This document shows, one piece after another, positions 1 through 15,199 of a stretch of 64,000 nucleotides of DNA. Both the position numbers and the translations under genes were made by a program. The stretch covers positions 155,558,001 to 155,622,000 of the forward strand of contig OX597814.1 in NCBI GenBank assembly GCA_951406725.2, written 5' to 3'. Source of the DNA: Octopus vulgaris (Eukaryota). Every line of letters begins with the position of its first letter. The first letter of the stretch is position 1. The notes under the pieces were generated by a model. It was not told where the DNA came from. It saw only the letters and a list, made by a program, of their open reading frames with translations, and searched no databases.

Positions 1-399
1 AAAGTGATTGATTCAAATTTTAATTCGCTTACTGAAAAGTTTCGGCCTTTTGTATAGATAAACAATGATAATTTGATGTCTAACTCGGTGGAATATCGGG
101 ATAAACTGACTTGTGATAGTAATTATATTTTGAAAATAATTCTCACGGATGTTGATTTTCAATGTTATTCTTCAAAGAACGTTAGAGTAACTAGTTTTCA
201 AATATTCGACTCAATGTCAATAATTCTCCTGCCCCACAATTATGTACCCCTGTGATTATCATATACGCTTATAGTTTTTACCTCCTCATTCAATTTTATG
301 TAGACCCCACCCACATAAATTGTAGCCTACCTTTGTAATGGCCATTTCCTCCGATGCTACTTGGTAATCAAGAACTAACAAAAGAAAACCAGCATTATC

Positions 400-1200
400 A
401 TCACCAACTTCAAAAACAATACTTGTTTCTAATTTTAGTACAAAAACAACAATTTCGAGGGAAGGGGCTTAATCGATTAAATCGACCCTGGAAAGATGAA
501 AGGCAAAGTTGATTACGGAAGTATTTGAACTCAGATTCTAAAAAACCATGACCTATATCACAAAACTGTTTCTGATCGTGCCAGCTAGCCAATAACAATA
601 ATAGTTCTCTCCAATTTTGGCACAAGGGAAGGTTGCCAGTCAATTGCATTGACCGTACAACTGGGATTATATTTCATCGATTACAGATTTAGAACTCAGA
701 ATAAAACGCCGAAATACCGCGAAACATTTTGCTCAGCGCGCGAACGATCTGCCAATTCGTAACCTTTTTTAAATGTTGGCACAAAGCCAGTAATTTTACA
801 GAGAAATAGTTAAGAGACGCTATCTACGCTACTGCTTTAATCCTATTTTATTTTATCGATCTCAAAAGAATGAAGGTTAACGTTAGTGTGATTAAAACTC
901 CTTTCGAATATATAGGCATACGGCCTCAAATTTTGGTGGAGGGGCAAGTCGATTTTAAGACCCTAGTGATCAGCTTGTACTTATTGTAAGATAAAATCTA
1001 ACTTGGTGGAGCAAAAAGGCGAACTAAATGACTCAAAGCATTTTATCCAGCATGCTTATCATTCTGCTAGCTCGTCGCAATGATTTCAAATTTTTCCAAA
1101 AGAGCAGCCCTTTTGGGGAGGGCATGAATCAATTACATCGATTGCAATGTCTCAGTGGTACTTAATGCATCGACCCCGAAAGGATTAAAGGCAAAGTCAC
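400..1200 (-). mobile_element. Cluster of heavily decayed SINE family B fragments
   Basis: Repeated partial matches to the SINE-B core seen intact at 37350-37582, e.g. atcgaccctggaaagatgaaaggcaaagtt (~481), aaataccgcgaaacattttgctcagcgcg (~712) and atcgaccccgaaaggattaaaggcaaagtc (~1169). Confidence 0.7.
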
Positions 1201-1992
1201 CTCCCCACGTGTGATCGGTCCCTCGCAAGCCTCCGCTGAGATGCATCTGAAAAGCACCGTTCTTCTCTCCACAGCTTCAATTGCCTCTGATGGGATTGTC
1301 ATATTTGCCCAATTATCTCTTGTTTAATTAGTCTCCATGTCTTTAGGAGCATTTGCTCCCTATCTGTGATATCGGTGATTGGTCTTGTCTGCTGCTGCTG
1401 CAAAACTATTTTTGATATTTTTATTTATGTTATTTTCGTTGTTGTTTTTGCCGTTCTTATCGATGTTGTTGGTATTGGTTTTGTTGTTGCTGTTGTCACT
1501 TTTGCTCTCGTTGGTGTTGTTGTTGTTGCTATCGCTACTGCCACTGCTGTTGCTTTCTTTTTGGTGTTTGTTGTTGCTCTCACTGTTACTGTTCGTTGTA
1601 CTTTGTACCATGACAGTCTTGTTCTTCTCCTCCTCCCCTTCCCTTGTATTGTTGCTCGTGACAGAGGGAAGGGGAGGAAAGTCTTCATTTATTACCATAT
1701 TGGTAGGAGAGTTTGTTTTGTTTTTCCTGAACTCTTTCAAGACGCGCTCCGCTATCTTGTTGAGTTGTATTGATTCCATTAAATTTTAACGCCCACCGAA
1801 TGTAGTTGGTGGGTCGAAAATCGCCCCTCTGGAGGCTATACAACCATAAAAAACCAGTAATAGGTTCCTGGTGTTTCTATTCACAATTTAAGATAAATTA
1901 ATTATTAACAACGGACACTAATCCTGGTGTAAATAAATATTTGGACTGGAGTTACTTGTAGCGTTCGAAAACACGTCCGATGTGTTTTGCAG
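1200..1992 (-). mobile_element. 5' part (5'UTR and start of ORF1) of an L1/Tx1-like non-LTR retrotransposon, 3'-truncated
   Basis: Minus ORF 1360-1779 (MESIQLNKIAERVLKEFRKNK...EDFPPLPS...Asn/Ser-rich...SFAAAA) continues past stops into EAVERRTVLFRC. The upstream ggacgtgtttt motif is typical of LINE 5' ends. The clade call is by resemblance only. Confidence 0.5.
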
Positions 1993-1999
1993 CAAATAT

Positions 2000-2151
<152 letters not shown>

Positions 2152-2242
2152 CTTAAAATTTTGGAACAACAACAACGCTAATGATAATAAATATTTTTTA
2201 TGAAAATTAGTATTCATTCGTTCTATATTTTATTACGCACTT

Positions 2243-2840
2243 TCATTGTACTATCATGGATAACTCTGTAGTGCAGTATTTTATTTCATAGCTTTCTATT
2301 ATATTCAAATCACTGCACGTAATACCTGTACACGGTTCCAGTATGTTCAGCAATTGTAAGCGTATGGAATTTTTGTTATGTATTGTAGGTATGTATTTTC
2401 TTATTATTCCCATGGAACCTGTTATTATGAGGATATTTCTGTTTTTAATCCCTAGTTTCTTATTTTCTCTATCATTATTTTGGGAACGCTTCTCCATTTA
2501 CCGTTAGAAACAATTTGATTAATCGTTCATTCCGAAACTTCACAAGCTCTTCAGTTACGTTTTGTATTCCCCTTCATTATGTGTATCTTTTGGTTTTAGC
2601 TTTGAAGCTTGCGCTTCTCCTCCGATATATAGAATATTTTCTTTTTGTCCAACTCTGCTTTGTTTAGTCTTGCAAGGTATCGGCCATGTAGCGGATCTTA
2701 TTGTTATAATGTTGACACAGCATGCTGCAATTGAATTTTCAGCTCAACTTGGTGTTCATTTTCTTTTAACTAATTTCTCTTGTTCCTTCGTTTTCCTTGC
2801 AAATATTTGTTACATGGGGGTTCCTTTTTTATATTTGTGA
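2243..2840 (-). mobile_element. Decayed R4/Dong-like non-LTR retrotransposon fragment (post-RT, CCHC and RLE region)
   Basis: Minus translation with frameshifts gives PLHGRYLARLNKAELDKK, a degenerate CCHC-finger region (RACEVSE..INQIVS) and ILIITGSMGIIRKY, matching the PLHG and IPIIIGALG motifs of RLE-type LINEs. Confidence 0.65.
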
Positions 2841-3543
2841 ACATCTTTGCACAACGAATGCGAATGCCATAACAAGCACCAACATCCTCCTCCTCCTCCT
2901 CCTCCTCCTCACCTTCTTTTCATCCTCCTCTTAATCATCATCATCATCATAACCATCATAAGCAGCAGCAGTAACAGCACTAACACCACGCCTAGTAAGC
3001 ACAATATTGATGAAATCAGCTACGGTTGTAGGAGGATCGATACTGCAATTGCCCTTTCTACAAACGGCAGAAAAAAAAAAAAAAGAATGAACACCAGGAA
3101 ATGTAACAGTAACAACTAAAAAGAAGAGTCACAGCAGCTATGGAAAAAGCCATTGTCTTAAAAGTAACTAATTTATTGATTCATTACAGCCTGATATCCA
3201 AGGCGTAGTGCTTGGAAATGATATGTAAACAAACAAACAAAAAGAGACGTCTTTAATAATCGACCTGATGTGGTGATTTATATGCAAAGTGAAATTAGTC
3301 GGAGTCTGAAATGGGCCATCATATACAGGTTAATCAGTCGTAAAATGAGAGCGCTAGAAAGCCTTAAACCTGCCAGGGCAAGTAGAAGATATGAAATGTG
3401 TGGGAGGATGCGAAGTTACATCAAAGAAGAAGATCGGAAAAAAAATTTCCCGACATCATATGGGCTGCATACGAAGTCCAAATCTATCTGGTAGAAATAG
3501 CAGCAAGATCATTTTCAAATTACATATTATCATATTGAAAAGA

Positions 3544-3710
3544 GAGCAGGAGTGGCTGTGTGGTAAGTAGCTTGCTTATCAACCACATGGTTTCGGGTTC
3601 AGTCCCACTGCGTGGCACCTTGGCAAGTGTCTTCTACTATAGCCTCGGGCCGACCAAAGTCTTGTGAGTGGATTTGGTAGACGGAAACTGGAAGAAGTCC
3701 GTCGTATATG

Positions 3711-3757
<47 letters not shown>

Positions 3758-3990
3758 GAGTGTGTGTGAGTGTGTGTGAGTGTGTCTGTGTTTGTCCCCC
3801 ACTCCCCAGCATCGCTTGGCAACAGATGCTGGTGTGCTTACGTCCCCGTAACATAGCGGTTCGGCAAAAAGACTGATAGAATAAGTACTAGGCTTACAAA
3901 GAATAAGTCCTGGGGTCGACTTACTCGACTAAAGGCGGTGCTCTAGCATGGCCACAGTCCAATGACTGAAACAAGTAAAAGAGTTAAAAG
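3544..3990 (+). mobile_element. tRNA-derived SINE family A (octopus OR/OK-type, CORE-like), near full length
   Basis: A-box-like gtggctgtgtggtaag, B-box-like ggttcagtccc, ccttggcaag core, internal TA/TG tract, and 3' tail ggcggtgctctagcatggccacagtccaatgactgaaacaagtaaaagag. Several copies occur in the window. Confidence 0.9.
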
Positions 3991-4346
3991 ATTATAGTTT
4001 CGCCACACTGTCTTAAAATCTACTTTGCGTTTGCTCACTGTTATTCAGAAGACAGGAAAGTGTTAATATTCTATTACATTATTTCCTGTAATGATCAGCG
4101 GATTATATGGATTGACTTACTAATTGACATCACTAATATAAAATCGATGCTTTATCGGTAAATCGTATAATTAAAAAGAACAAAGCATAATTTAGCTACG
4201 TATATATATGTACAAAGTAAACATGTGTTAAAATTTGGCTGTGTGAGTCATATTTACAGACTTGTCACATATTTTCCACTACTTAATTGAAACAGATTTA
4301 GACAATTAACTGCCGCTTTCATTTAACTGATTTACATATGAATGCA

Positions 4347-4347
4347 C

Positions 4348-4381
<34 letters not shown>

Positions 4382-4534
4382 TTTCTCTCTCACTCTGTCT
4401 ACCCCTCTCTCTATTTATATACACATACGCACACGCACATACAAAACACACATATACATATTATAGACGTGTATACATACATACACACACACACATATAT
4501 ATATTGTAAACTTAAGGCAAGCAAGTACCTATAC

Positions 4535-4582
<48 letters not shown>

Positions 4583-4660
4583 ATATATATATATATATAT
4601 ATATATCCATCAATCAATCTATCTATCTAGCTATCTATCTATTATCTATCTATCCATCTT

Positions 4661-4720
<60 letters not shown>

Positions 4721-4816
4721 GTCCTATCTATATATATATATCCATCAATCTATCTATCTAGCTATCTATCTATTATCTATCTATCCATCTATCTATCTAT
4801 TATCTATCTATCTATT

Positions 4817-4879
<63 letters not shown>

Positions 4880-4899
4880 GTCTATCTATCTATTTATCG

Positions 4900-4980
<81 letters not shown>
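4347..4980 (+). repeat. Compound (CT)n/(CA)n/(TA)n/(TATC)n microsatellite block
   Basis: Direct reading of the sequence. Confidence 0.95.
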
Positions 4981-6480
4981 CAGAAAAACAAAAGACGAAG
5001 ACAGGTGTATGAACAACAAGAAGGTGTATTAGTTTGCGCTCGGGAAAGTGAGAAAGTCTTTTACGTTTAGAGCCTACGCTCTTCAACAGAAAGGAATAAG
5101 ATAAAATAAACAAAGAGAAAAAAAAACTTGCGCATTTAGCGATCAAGCATGGCGACTGATTGGGAAAAAGGTTTGACAGGAGAGGTAGAAAGAAAGAGGG
5201 ATAATAAAGTATTGGTGATCCCAAAACGGAGGTGCGCATGTGTGTGCATGTATGTTAGGATGTGTGTGTGTTTGTATGGATAGAGGCTAGTGATTTTGAT
5301 GTGGAGATGTGTGCGTGTGTGCGTGTCTGTAATGTGTGAGTGTGTTCATGATGGTGTGTGGGTATGTGCAGGTGATGGTGTGTGGGTGTGCAGATGACGG
5401 TGTGTGGTGTGGGTGCTGGGAAGTGGTCAGTTATAGGGGATGTGGGGCTAAGGGTGGGGTTATGTGAGCGAGTGCGGCGTGTGTGAGTGGGGTGCATGGA
5501 TGGAGTGTGTGGTGTGTGGGGTGGGCAGAGGGGGTATCATTGAAGAGAGAAGGTGGGTAGGAGTGAAGAGAGGAATTAAGTGTTAGTTGAAGGGACCCAA
5601 ATGAAAAGAGGTGGGGAGTTGAGCACATGTGACACAAAGGAGCGAAGAGTGAAGATTTATTCCTGCACGCAACAAATGCTGGTCATGCTCGGAGAATGGT
5701 GCGTTGCAGGCAGGGTGGAGGAGTAGTAGGTGAGGGGAAACGGAAGACGGGAAACGGCGAGTCGAGTACGAGGAAAGAGAGCAGAGGCACGGTCCACGGA
5801 AGTGCTCTGGCAAATGTGGATAATGGTAGGGGTATATCCACGAAGGATGACGTAGCAAACCATGAGTTGAGACCGAGTCTCAAAGTCATGGTTGTCACTG
5901 CAGAGTCTGCGCAGACGGAGGAATTGCGAGTAGGGGATGGAGAATTTGGTGTTGTTAGGATAGGAGAAAGAGAAGTTAAGGTATGAGTGTGAGTCGGTGT
6001 GTTTGTAGTGGATGGACGTATTGAGAACGGTGTGGTGTATGTTGACAGAAATGTCGAGAAATGCGACAGAAGTTTTGGATCAATTCCGTGGGATAGTTAC
6101 AGGCGGATACGATGAGGCGGCCAGGAATGCTGGGCTTGTGGATATGGTAAGGAAGTAAATGCTAGGGGTGAGCAGAGTGCGGACAATGAGGTTGGAGGCG
6201 GTGGGAGGGAGACCGGAGGAGGAGATGAGGTCATAGATAGTGGAGGACACAGTCTGTTGGTAGTTAGGAGTGGGGTTGGAGGGTCGAGGGCAATTGAAGG
6301 TGTCTTGAAGTTAGCGGAGATCTTCAGCCTTGTAGAGGTCTGTGCGCCACACCACTACAGCTCCATCCTTGTCAGCCGTTCTTATGATGATGTCTTTGCA
6401 GCGTCGGAGACAGCGAAAGGCCAAGAATTAGGCCGGGGTGGTGTTAAAATATCGGGGACGCCTGTGAAAGTTAAACCGGT
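4978..6480 (-). mobile_element. Penelope-like element, internally deleted (RT C-terminus remnant, GIY-YIG tail remnant, pseudo-LTR)
   Basis: Minus translation SIPYSQFLRLRRLCSDNHDFETRSQLM..ILRGY and FSFGSLQ matches PLE RT and GIY-YIG C-termini. The pLTR carries a hammerhead-like motif at 5059-5093 and abuts a (TATC)n tract. Confidence 0.85.
5059..5093 (-). ncRNA. Degenerate minimal hammerhead-like motif in PLE pLTR
   Basis: Minus strand reads cttt-CTGTTGA-a-gagc gtag gctc-TAAA-cg-TA-aaag. Stems I and II pair, but the core has A6U and G12U changes, so it is probably inactive. Confidence 0.5.
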
Positions 6481-6499
6481 TCACAACACGTGAGCGCAG

Positions 6500-7560
6500 T
6501 GTCCAAACTTGACAGATACCTCAAACTGCTTTTGAACAGTTTTCAAAGGCAGAATATTAATGCGCTTGGGCACTGATGACTTTTGTAGTCTTGTGTGTTT
6601 CAGATAGAACGTAGTCTTACTATAGAGAAGAGAATGGTTAGAGAGATAGCAAGTGTTATGAAGGGAACGTGTAATGTTAGAGTCCCTGATATCTCATTTC
6701 TTATTGATAATATAGTCTATGTGATGCCAATCCTTAGATCTAGGATGCATTCAGGTCGTCTTGCAATAATTTCGCTGTTGAAAAAGGTATTTGTTATGCC
6801 TTCTTTGCAGAGTTCATTCCGCCTACACCATGGTGACTAAGTACACCCTCCTATGCCACATAGTCAGTACCAACACGAGCGTTAAAGGCGCCCATAAGGA
6901 TATGTCTATACCTATAACATTGTTGTAAAATTCATCCTTCTCCTACTCAGTGCTGGCCATGGCTGGGGCATAGCAACTGACAAGCGCAGCACGATTGTTG
7001 TAATCAAGCTTCAACGTTAGTGTCAGGATGCGATTAGAAATACCTTTGGGTAGAGAAAGAAGGGATGTAAAAAACCAGCACCAGGGTGGCATGGCTCACA
7101 TAGTTTTCTTCCACACCAGAAAACTATGTATCTACCTTTACTTTCTTCTAACTGTGATAATCCAGCAAGACGAGTTTCACTGAGTGCAGCTATGTCAATG
7201 CTGTATTTCTTTAGTTCAAAGACAACCAGTACTGTTTTTCGTTCTAGTGCTGTGTGACTGTCTTGGAGAGTGCGAACATTCCAAGTACCAAGGTTAATAT
7301 TCTTAGATTCTTTTTCATGTTTCGACTGCGTTACTGTATAACCAGGGAGCTGCACGGGCTGCCAAGTTTAAGGTGAGTAAGCAATGTTTGGGGTTCCTTT
7401 TCTCGCCCCTCCCCCTGTTGGGGAAAGCAGTGATGTGTCTAAATAGACTTGCTTTGTCACCATTATAGGACACGGACATCACAGTTGCTCACAAGGTCTG
7501 TGCTGGAACGGCTATTACCAAATGGAGCCGACTGCGTAGATATCCAACAAGAGACTTTCA
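6500..7560 (-). mobile_element. RTE-clade LINE 5' region with AP-endonuclease pseudogene
   Basis: ORF 7023-7355 reads NLGTWNVRTL...ELKKYSIDIAALSETR and continues through frameshifts with VSCYAP, EKDEFY, MGAFNARVG and WHHIDYII, all classical APE motifs. Confidence 0.9.
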
Positions 7561-7859
7561 GTAATATCCATTACCTGTCTCTGTGGCTTTTACTCTTTCG
7601 CCAGAAGATTTTTTGATTTTAGCAACTTGAAGCTGTGCCGTACTGAATGAAAAAAATGCAAGTTGTCAAAAAGCTCACACATATGATTTGATTTGAGTGT
7701 GAAAGGCTTGTGTAGAACCAGCCACAATTTTTGGAAGTGGTGATAGCGAGAATAAAGTGCACATATGTGTCACAAATAACAAGAACAACACACATCCGGC
7801 TCTTTCTTCAGAGGTTTCCATCTTGACAAGCTGCTATAAACAAGCTGGAGAGCTTAGTC

Positions 7860-8010
7860 TACACTATGAATCAGAGTTTGGTAGACAGTGCAGCCCTATT
7901 AAGGAGACCTTCTGCAATCAAAGACCTGGTTTTATATCAGAGTTTCCCTCTCCAAGATGGGATGTCTTCACCACAGTTAAGGAGCCCCATCTCCCCCCAC
8001 CATTATATGG
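7860..8010 (+). mobile_element. RTE-type 3' end or RTE-tailed SINE fragment
   Basis: tcagagtttccctctccaagatgggatgtcttcaccacagttaaggagccccatctccc resembles the conserved RTE 3' tail. Confidence 0.45.
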
Positions 8011-8171
8011 AATTTAATACAACAAATTTATATATAAAGATAAAAGATAAAACAGTATATACATGTACACATATAGTTGGATGGCCGTTGACTCATGAGT
8101 TACTCTGCCCTTTTGACAGGTTATATTTTTCGTCCTGCACGGTGCCTAACAATCACCCTTCTCAGTAATAA

Positions 8172-8232
<61 letters not shown>

Positions 8233-8277
8233 AATTATACATACATACATACATACATACATACATACATACATACA

Positions 8278-8311
<34 letters not shown>

Positions 8312-8399
8312 ATATCTCTCCTTCATTGCAATATCATCAACATCAACAGTATGTATGTATACGTAGAGATTGGTATGTTTTGTTTTATGTATGTATTCT

Positions 8400-8790
8400 C
8401 ATGCATAGAATTTTACAGATATTTACACTTCCAGTGATGGCTTGGATCTGTAGTCTTCGAATCACCTTTCTCCTTTCTAATTTCTCAAGATTGGTATTTA
8501 GCCATTATGTTATATATCCCAATGCCCCTATAATTACTGGTATAAACCTGAACTTGTAATCTAGATAGAGTAATTGTAGATTTCTCAATAGTTCAGCGTA
8601 AGTCGTCTGTTTTTTCTGATCTTCAGTTTTATTTTAACATTCGCTGGGCAGCTAATTTCCACAACTATACACATATTCTTTTCTCTATCTCAAACCATTA
8701 TATCAGGTCCGTTGTACTTATATTTTACTGAAGTTTTCACCAGTACGTATGTATAATGTCCATAGTGTATAGACATTCTGTATTAAAAAA
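8400..8790 (-). mobile_element. RLE-type (R4/Dong/NeSL-like) retrotransposon 3' end, restriction-like endonuclease remnant
   Basis: Minus translation GPDIMV.DREKNMCIVVEISCPANV...YAELLRNLQLLYLDYKFRFIPVIIGALGYI contains the PD..E.S.P and PVIIGALG motifs. Confidence 0.8.
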
Positions 8791-9359
8791 CGAAGTAGTT
8801 ATGAAGTTTCAAATTTTTTATAAAGAACGAAATACATAAAACTTCTGTTCTTATGGAACTTTTAAAAAATTGTGGATTACTGTATTATGGGGCTTTCTTT
8901 TTATAGATGTATGTAAAGGAAAACTCAGCTGTTTGTTGAAAAATGTGAGGACTTAAATATTTTTAATACATTCTTTTTTTTAATCTGGGTGTTGGACGGA
9001 GAATAAATGATTTTTGAGTTTACCCACTTAAGTTGTATAACCAGCTGCTCGTTGTCAGGAATCTATATGTATCATCACATGTATGTATGCATGTGTGTGT
9101 GTATGTATGTGCGTGTGTGTTTATGTGTGGTCGTGGGTGTATGTGTAGTAAATATTTAAATGAAGAACATGTGCATGTTTGAAAGCATTAATCCTTAAGC
9201 AGTTTCTTTCCTCTGTGTGTGTGTGTATGTGCTTGTGTTTGTGTGTGTGTGGTGTAATTGTTTAAAAATAATTTTTTGTCAATAATTTGTTTTATTGACA
9301 GCAGTAACAGCATCATAAGTATCTGACGTTAGCTTAGTTTGGTTCATCTGCTAACATTA

Positions 9360-9744
9360 TCTCTCTCTATATAAACGGCAGTTTGTCTGTGCGTGTTTCT
9401 GTGTGTCTGTTTTCTCGTACCCTCACTCTGACCACGGCTTTCAACCGATTCTGATGAAACTTGACACACACATAGCCCAATGTCATAATTCAAAACTAAC
9501 GCAGCGAAAATTTTGAAAAGTTCCCCCAGTTCTGAAAAAAATCGATAAATTCGACATGGGGTCGAGAATTAGAAACCCAAACCACAGACCGTCTAGGGGA
9601 CGCAACTCTACCTTTTTTAACTCTCAAAAAAAATTTACCATCATTTGTTTTCCATTTTTTTGCTATTTTTTGGCTATAACTCTCTAAAAATGCTTTATAG
9701 TTATTTCCCTTACAAACCTGAGCAACGCCGGGCGATACTGCTAG
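9360..9744 (+). mobile_element. Non-autonomous Helitron
   Basis: Starts with 5' TC (a|tctctctctatataaac), ends with a subterminal hairpin cctgagcaacgccggg and CTAG|t, and is inserted between A and T. The 3' end is shared with the element at 52748. Confidence 0.8.
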
Positions 9745-9989
9745 TTCTTTAATAAAATCTACAGTGTCTTTAAAATAGAGTATTTATGTTTTTACTTTTG
9801 AAGAAATTTGTTTTCATAGAATGCTTCTCCATAAGTTTTCGGTATTTTGGATCACCACATCAGCGTTTACAAATAGGAATATTATGAATTTGTTGTTTCC
9901 GCAGAAATATTCTAGATGTTCCCTCGATAGAATTATCCCTATCCAATCTGTTTAATCTCTTATTTATTTGTTCCCACAAAGGAAGTTTC

Positions 9990-10335
9990 AAGCCTGGCTA
10001 AAAAGTTCGTTCATTTTTTGCCGACACTAAATTTCAAGCACTCTAATAAGTAGCTAACTCCAGTCTGCCCCTTACGCATGTGCATTCGTTTGACACTTGA
10101 CACTTCAACGTTGTACATCGCGAACTGGTGACGACGCAGTTTGTATTTTGTAAACACTAAATCACCTTTTCTTATTTAAAAATGGCAAGAAAGCAACAGA
10201 ACTATGCAGACAGATATGTGCTGTGTATGGAGAGGATGCTTTTAAGGAACTTATGTGCCAGAAGCGATTTTCCAGATTTCAATCGGGAAATTCTTTAGTT
10301 CAAGACGACTCTCGATCTGGTCGGCCAACTGAAAA
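9990..10335 (+). mobile_element. Mariner transposon left end with transposase N-terminal HTH remnant
   Basis: Translation KNGKKATELCRQICAVYGEDAFKELMCQKRFSRFQSGNSLVQDDSRSGRPTE matches the mariner HTH and RSGRP motif. Confidence 0.85.
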
Positions 10336-10804
10336 TAACAGAAACAAAATGGTAGACTTAGCTGTATCTATTTATAGTGTGGCATCATTTAATTAGCGAA
10401 TATTTAAACATATGTAGCAGATGTAATAAAGGAATACGTTGTGGTTAGAGTGTTGCACTCACGTTCATAAGAACATGCATTCGATTCTCGGGTGTGCGGC
10501 ATGTAGTGTTCTTGAGAAAAACATCTCATTTCACCTTCTCTAGTGCTGTGTGGGGACCGGCATGTCAAAAAAATAAACCTAATGTTTCCTCTACGTGCGT
10601 AAAATATAACTAAATGAGGCTGAGATAAGATTTGCAGTCCAACCTCGTAAGACCCTCGCCAGTAACGACTACCCATTTACCTCCATTGTAGTATATGTAT
10701 ATATTTGCGCTCCTCTTACAACATTAAGAATATTTTAACTATTATTTCTAGTAATTCAGGTGCTTCGGCACGCTTAGTCACACTTAGTGACAACTGAATT
10801 TTTC

Positions 10805-10877
<73 letters not shown>

Positions 10878-10918
10878 TATATATATATACATATATACAT
10901 ATATATATATATACATAC

Positions 10919-10950
<32 letters not shown>

Positions 10951-10955
10951 GATTG

Positions 10956-12498
<1,543 letters not shown>

Positions 12499-13739
12499 GA
12501 AGGGTGAAGGATAATATGTCTGTCTAGTGTATATTTCTGTATGCGTTGATCAAACAGGTTGGTAATGACTGATATAACATTTGCACCGTAAAAGAATATA
12601 TGATGAAAAGAAATAAAATTATCGCATTAATGTATGAGAACAGCCGTAGAAATATATGAAAATGTTTGAAATACGAGCGATAATTCTGAATAATTGCGTG
12701 AGCAGCTGCTAATGAAATACATGTAACTCCATGCAGAAATATGCATCCACACACACATGCAAGCAAACATACAAACACACACGCAGGCACACAGACACAT
12801 ATGCACACATGTATATATATGTGTGTGTTTATGATACAACTATTATAAACATATATAATTATATGTAACGATCTACACACATTTATAGTTACCCACAAAT
12901 GCATTTACATACATATATTTTCATAGTTTTTTTATTAAATTTTCATCTTTTTTATATATTAAATCTCCAAATCTAATTTTGTAGCACCACAGCGAATATT
13001 TGTAAGACATTCAAAATACTCTTCATCTGAGAATATTTATATGAATAAATGCACACACCAGGGCGTGTGCATCGGCAGCTCAACCAACAGAACAATTCAA
13101 CCCCATTTTTACAAACACTAGGAACTCTCTTAACTCGAAAGTCTGGTCTCTTTGTTAGTGGCCAGCTTGAACTCTCTTAAAAAGTAAAACTTAATGAAAG
13201 TCAAAGAAAACATACTTAAATAAATACATATACACACAGACACACACACACACTTATACATTTACGTCGACATATGATTATACTAAGTGTGTTATTAAAA
13301 ACTTTGTTTCCAGACGGGAAAAAAGTTTTAAATATTATTTTATCATCATGCAAATGAGGAAAGATAAATAAGTTGCAATTTTTAAATAAAACACCATAGT
13401 GATGAAGTGAAATAGAATGAAAATTATGAATTTTACCAGTCGAGAATAAGTAAGCCTAAAATTTGACGTTTAGAAAAATATGCATATGAGATAAGTTAGG
13501 TAGGTATGATGGAAATGAATAGAAAACAGTAGTGATAGATGACAGACTGAAAGATTTAAAACGCATGTATTAGCTAGCGATTGCAAAAGCTATTATCAGA
13601 TAGCCTTAAAAAAGTAATAGCATACATACATATATAATTTCTTATAAGCATACATGTATATAAATATTTATATATGTATATTTATATATGTATGTATTTA
13701 TATTTATATATATGTATTCTTAAGCAAGAATATTATTCA

Positions 13740-13782
13740 CAGTGACCTCGAAGTTTCGGCCAGTTAACCCATGGTCGGACTG
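13740..13782 (-). ncRNA. Degenerate type I hammerhead-like motif at the end of a decayed PLE-like segment
   Basis: Minus strand reads cagt-CCGACCA-tg-ggtta ac tggcc-GAAA-cttcgagg-TC-actg. Stems I-III form and a GUC site is present, but the C3:G8 pair is broken (C8). Confidence 0.5.
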
Positions 13783-15064
13783 CAATGTATTGAAGCTAAT
13801 CTCGACACATATAGTCTCTGTTGAGTTCAAATCTTCCTTGGGTGTATAATTCGGTATTAGGGTGGGTTGTTGTGGAGGGGTGTTTTGTAGAAATTTTTAT
13901 TAATAACATTTGTTGTGATGCTAGTGTTTAGAATTTATTCATGTATACAGAACTTTGTAAGTAGGTATGGGTATTTAGGTGCGTCCCTTCTGTTGGATAG
14001 GTAAGGGAAGTGTGAGTAGTTCTAGTCACTTTTGGTTATATTGGATTTAACCCCTTGCATTGATAATGTAAAGGTAAAAAAAATTCGAAGTTTAGTCCAA
14101 TGTGTAAAATCTTAGTAATTAGATGTGTTAAATTTTGTAATGGAATTTTATAGCGGTTCACAAATATATGCACAATTCTTATAACTCCCCACTTTCGCAT
14201 TTTCAGAGGCTTAATATAACATATAAAATAACAGTGTTTGAAACAGTACTGAAAAAATATTTATAAACACATATCCTACAAATTCTACCCACATAAAACT
14301 CAAAGGTTAAAATTTCTGCATAATAATCAAATTACTTATAGAATAATGAACACCTAGAGAGAAGCATACATACCTATAACCTTTACGCCCACTCACTTGC
14401 ACTTGTGAATATAAAAGTACACGAAAACCACGTTTATATAATGACAACGCTATGGCATTGTCGACTAATAGCCCCTAACTAACCAAACACAAACAGGAAA
14501 TATTCTAAATAACAAACAAGCCAAGAAACTGACCAGATTAAATATATCACCTACTTACATTCATTTGCGAACTCCTTCAAAATTCCATAACAAACATGTT
14601 GATATACCAAATTACTAAATTTTTGAATTGTTTAAATCCACTCTTTCCACGGTCGAACGTAAATGGCTTAATTGTTGTTCCATTATACCTTCCAAGGCCA
14701 CATCCCCTTAGACTAAATGTGTTAAAATCATACACGATTCAGAAGCATAGGGGACTTTGTGACATCTATGTTTTGATCTGAATGTGAGGCTTGATTCTAT
14801 AGAATTCAGCAAGAAATTATTTGCTGATGCGTGCTGATATGTGCCAAGTCAATAATATATTTTACTGAACTTATCTGTCGAAAAGCATTAAAAATGAATA
14901 TGTACACCATAGTTTTGATACACACAGTTTTACATGATGCTATTTCTTTGTTCATATAAAAATCTGGAGCTGAGGCTGTCCATAAACTAATCATACCTCA
15001 CCGACGTAGCGTAGTACTATTGTGTATCATACCTATATTCGGTCCTAACATTCTAACAATTGGT

Positions 15065-15115
<51 letters not shown>

Positions 15116-15149
15116 GCATGCTTGTATGGATATATCTGTGTATATATAT

Positions 15150-15190
<41 letters not shown>

Positions 15191-15199
15191 CATACATGC

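Noticed and set aside
3544-3625. tRNA genes at SINE heads
   Set aside because: A/B boxes are present, but I could not form a cloverleaf. They continue into SINE bodies found in multiple copies.
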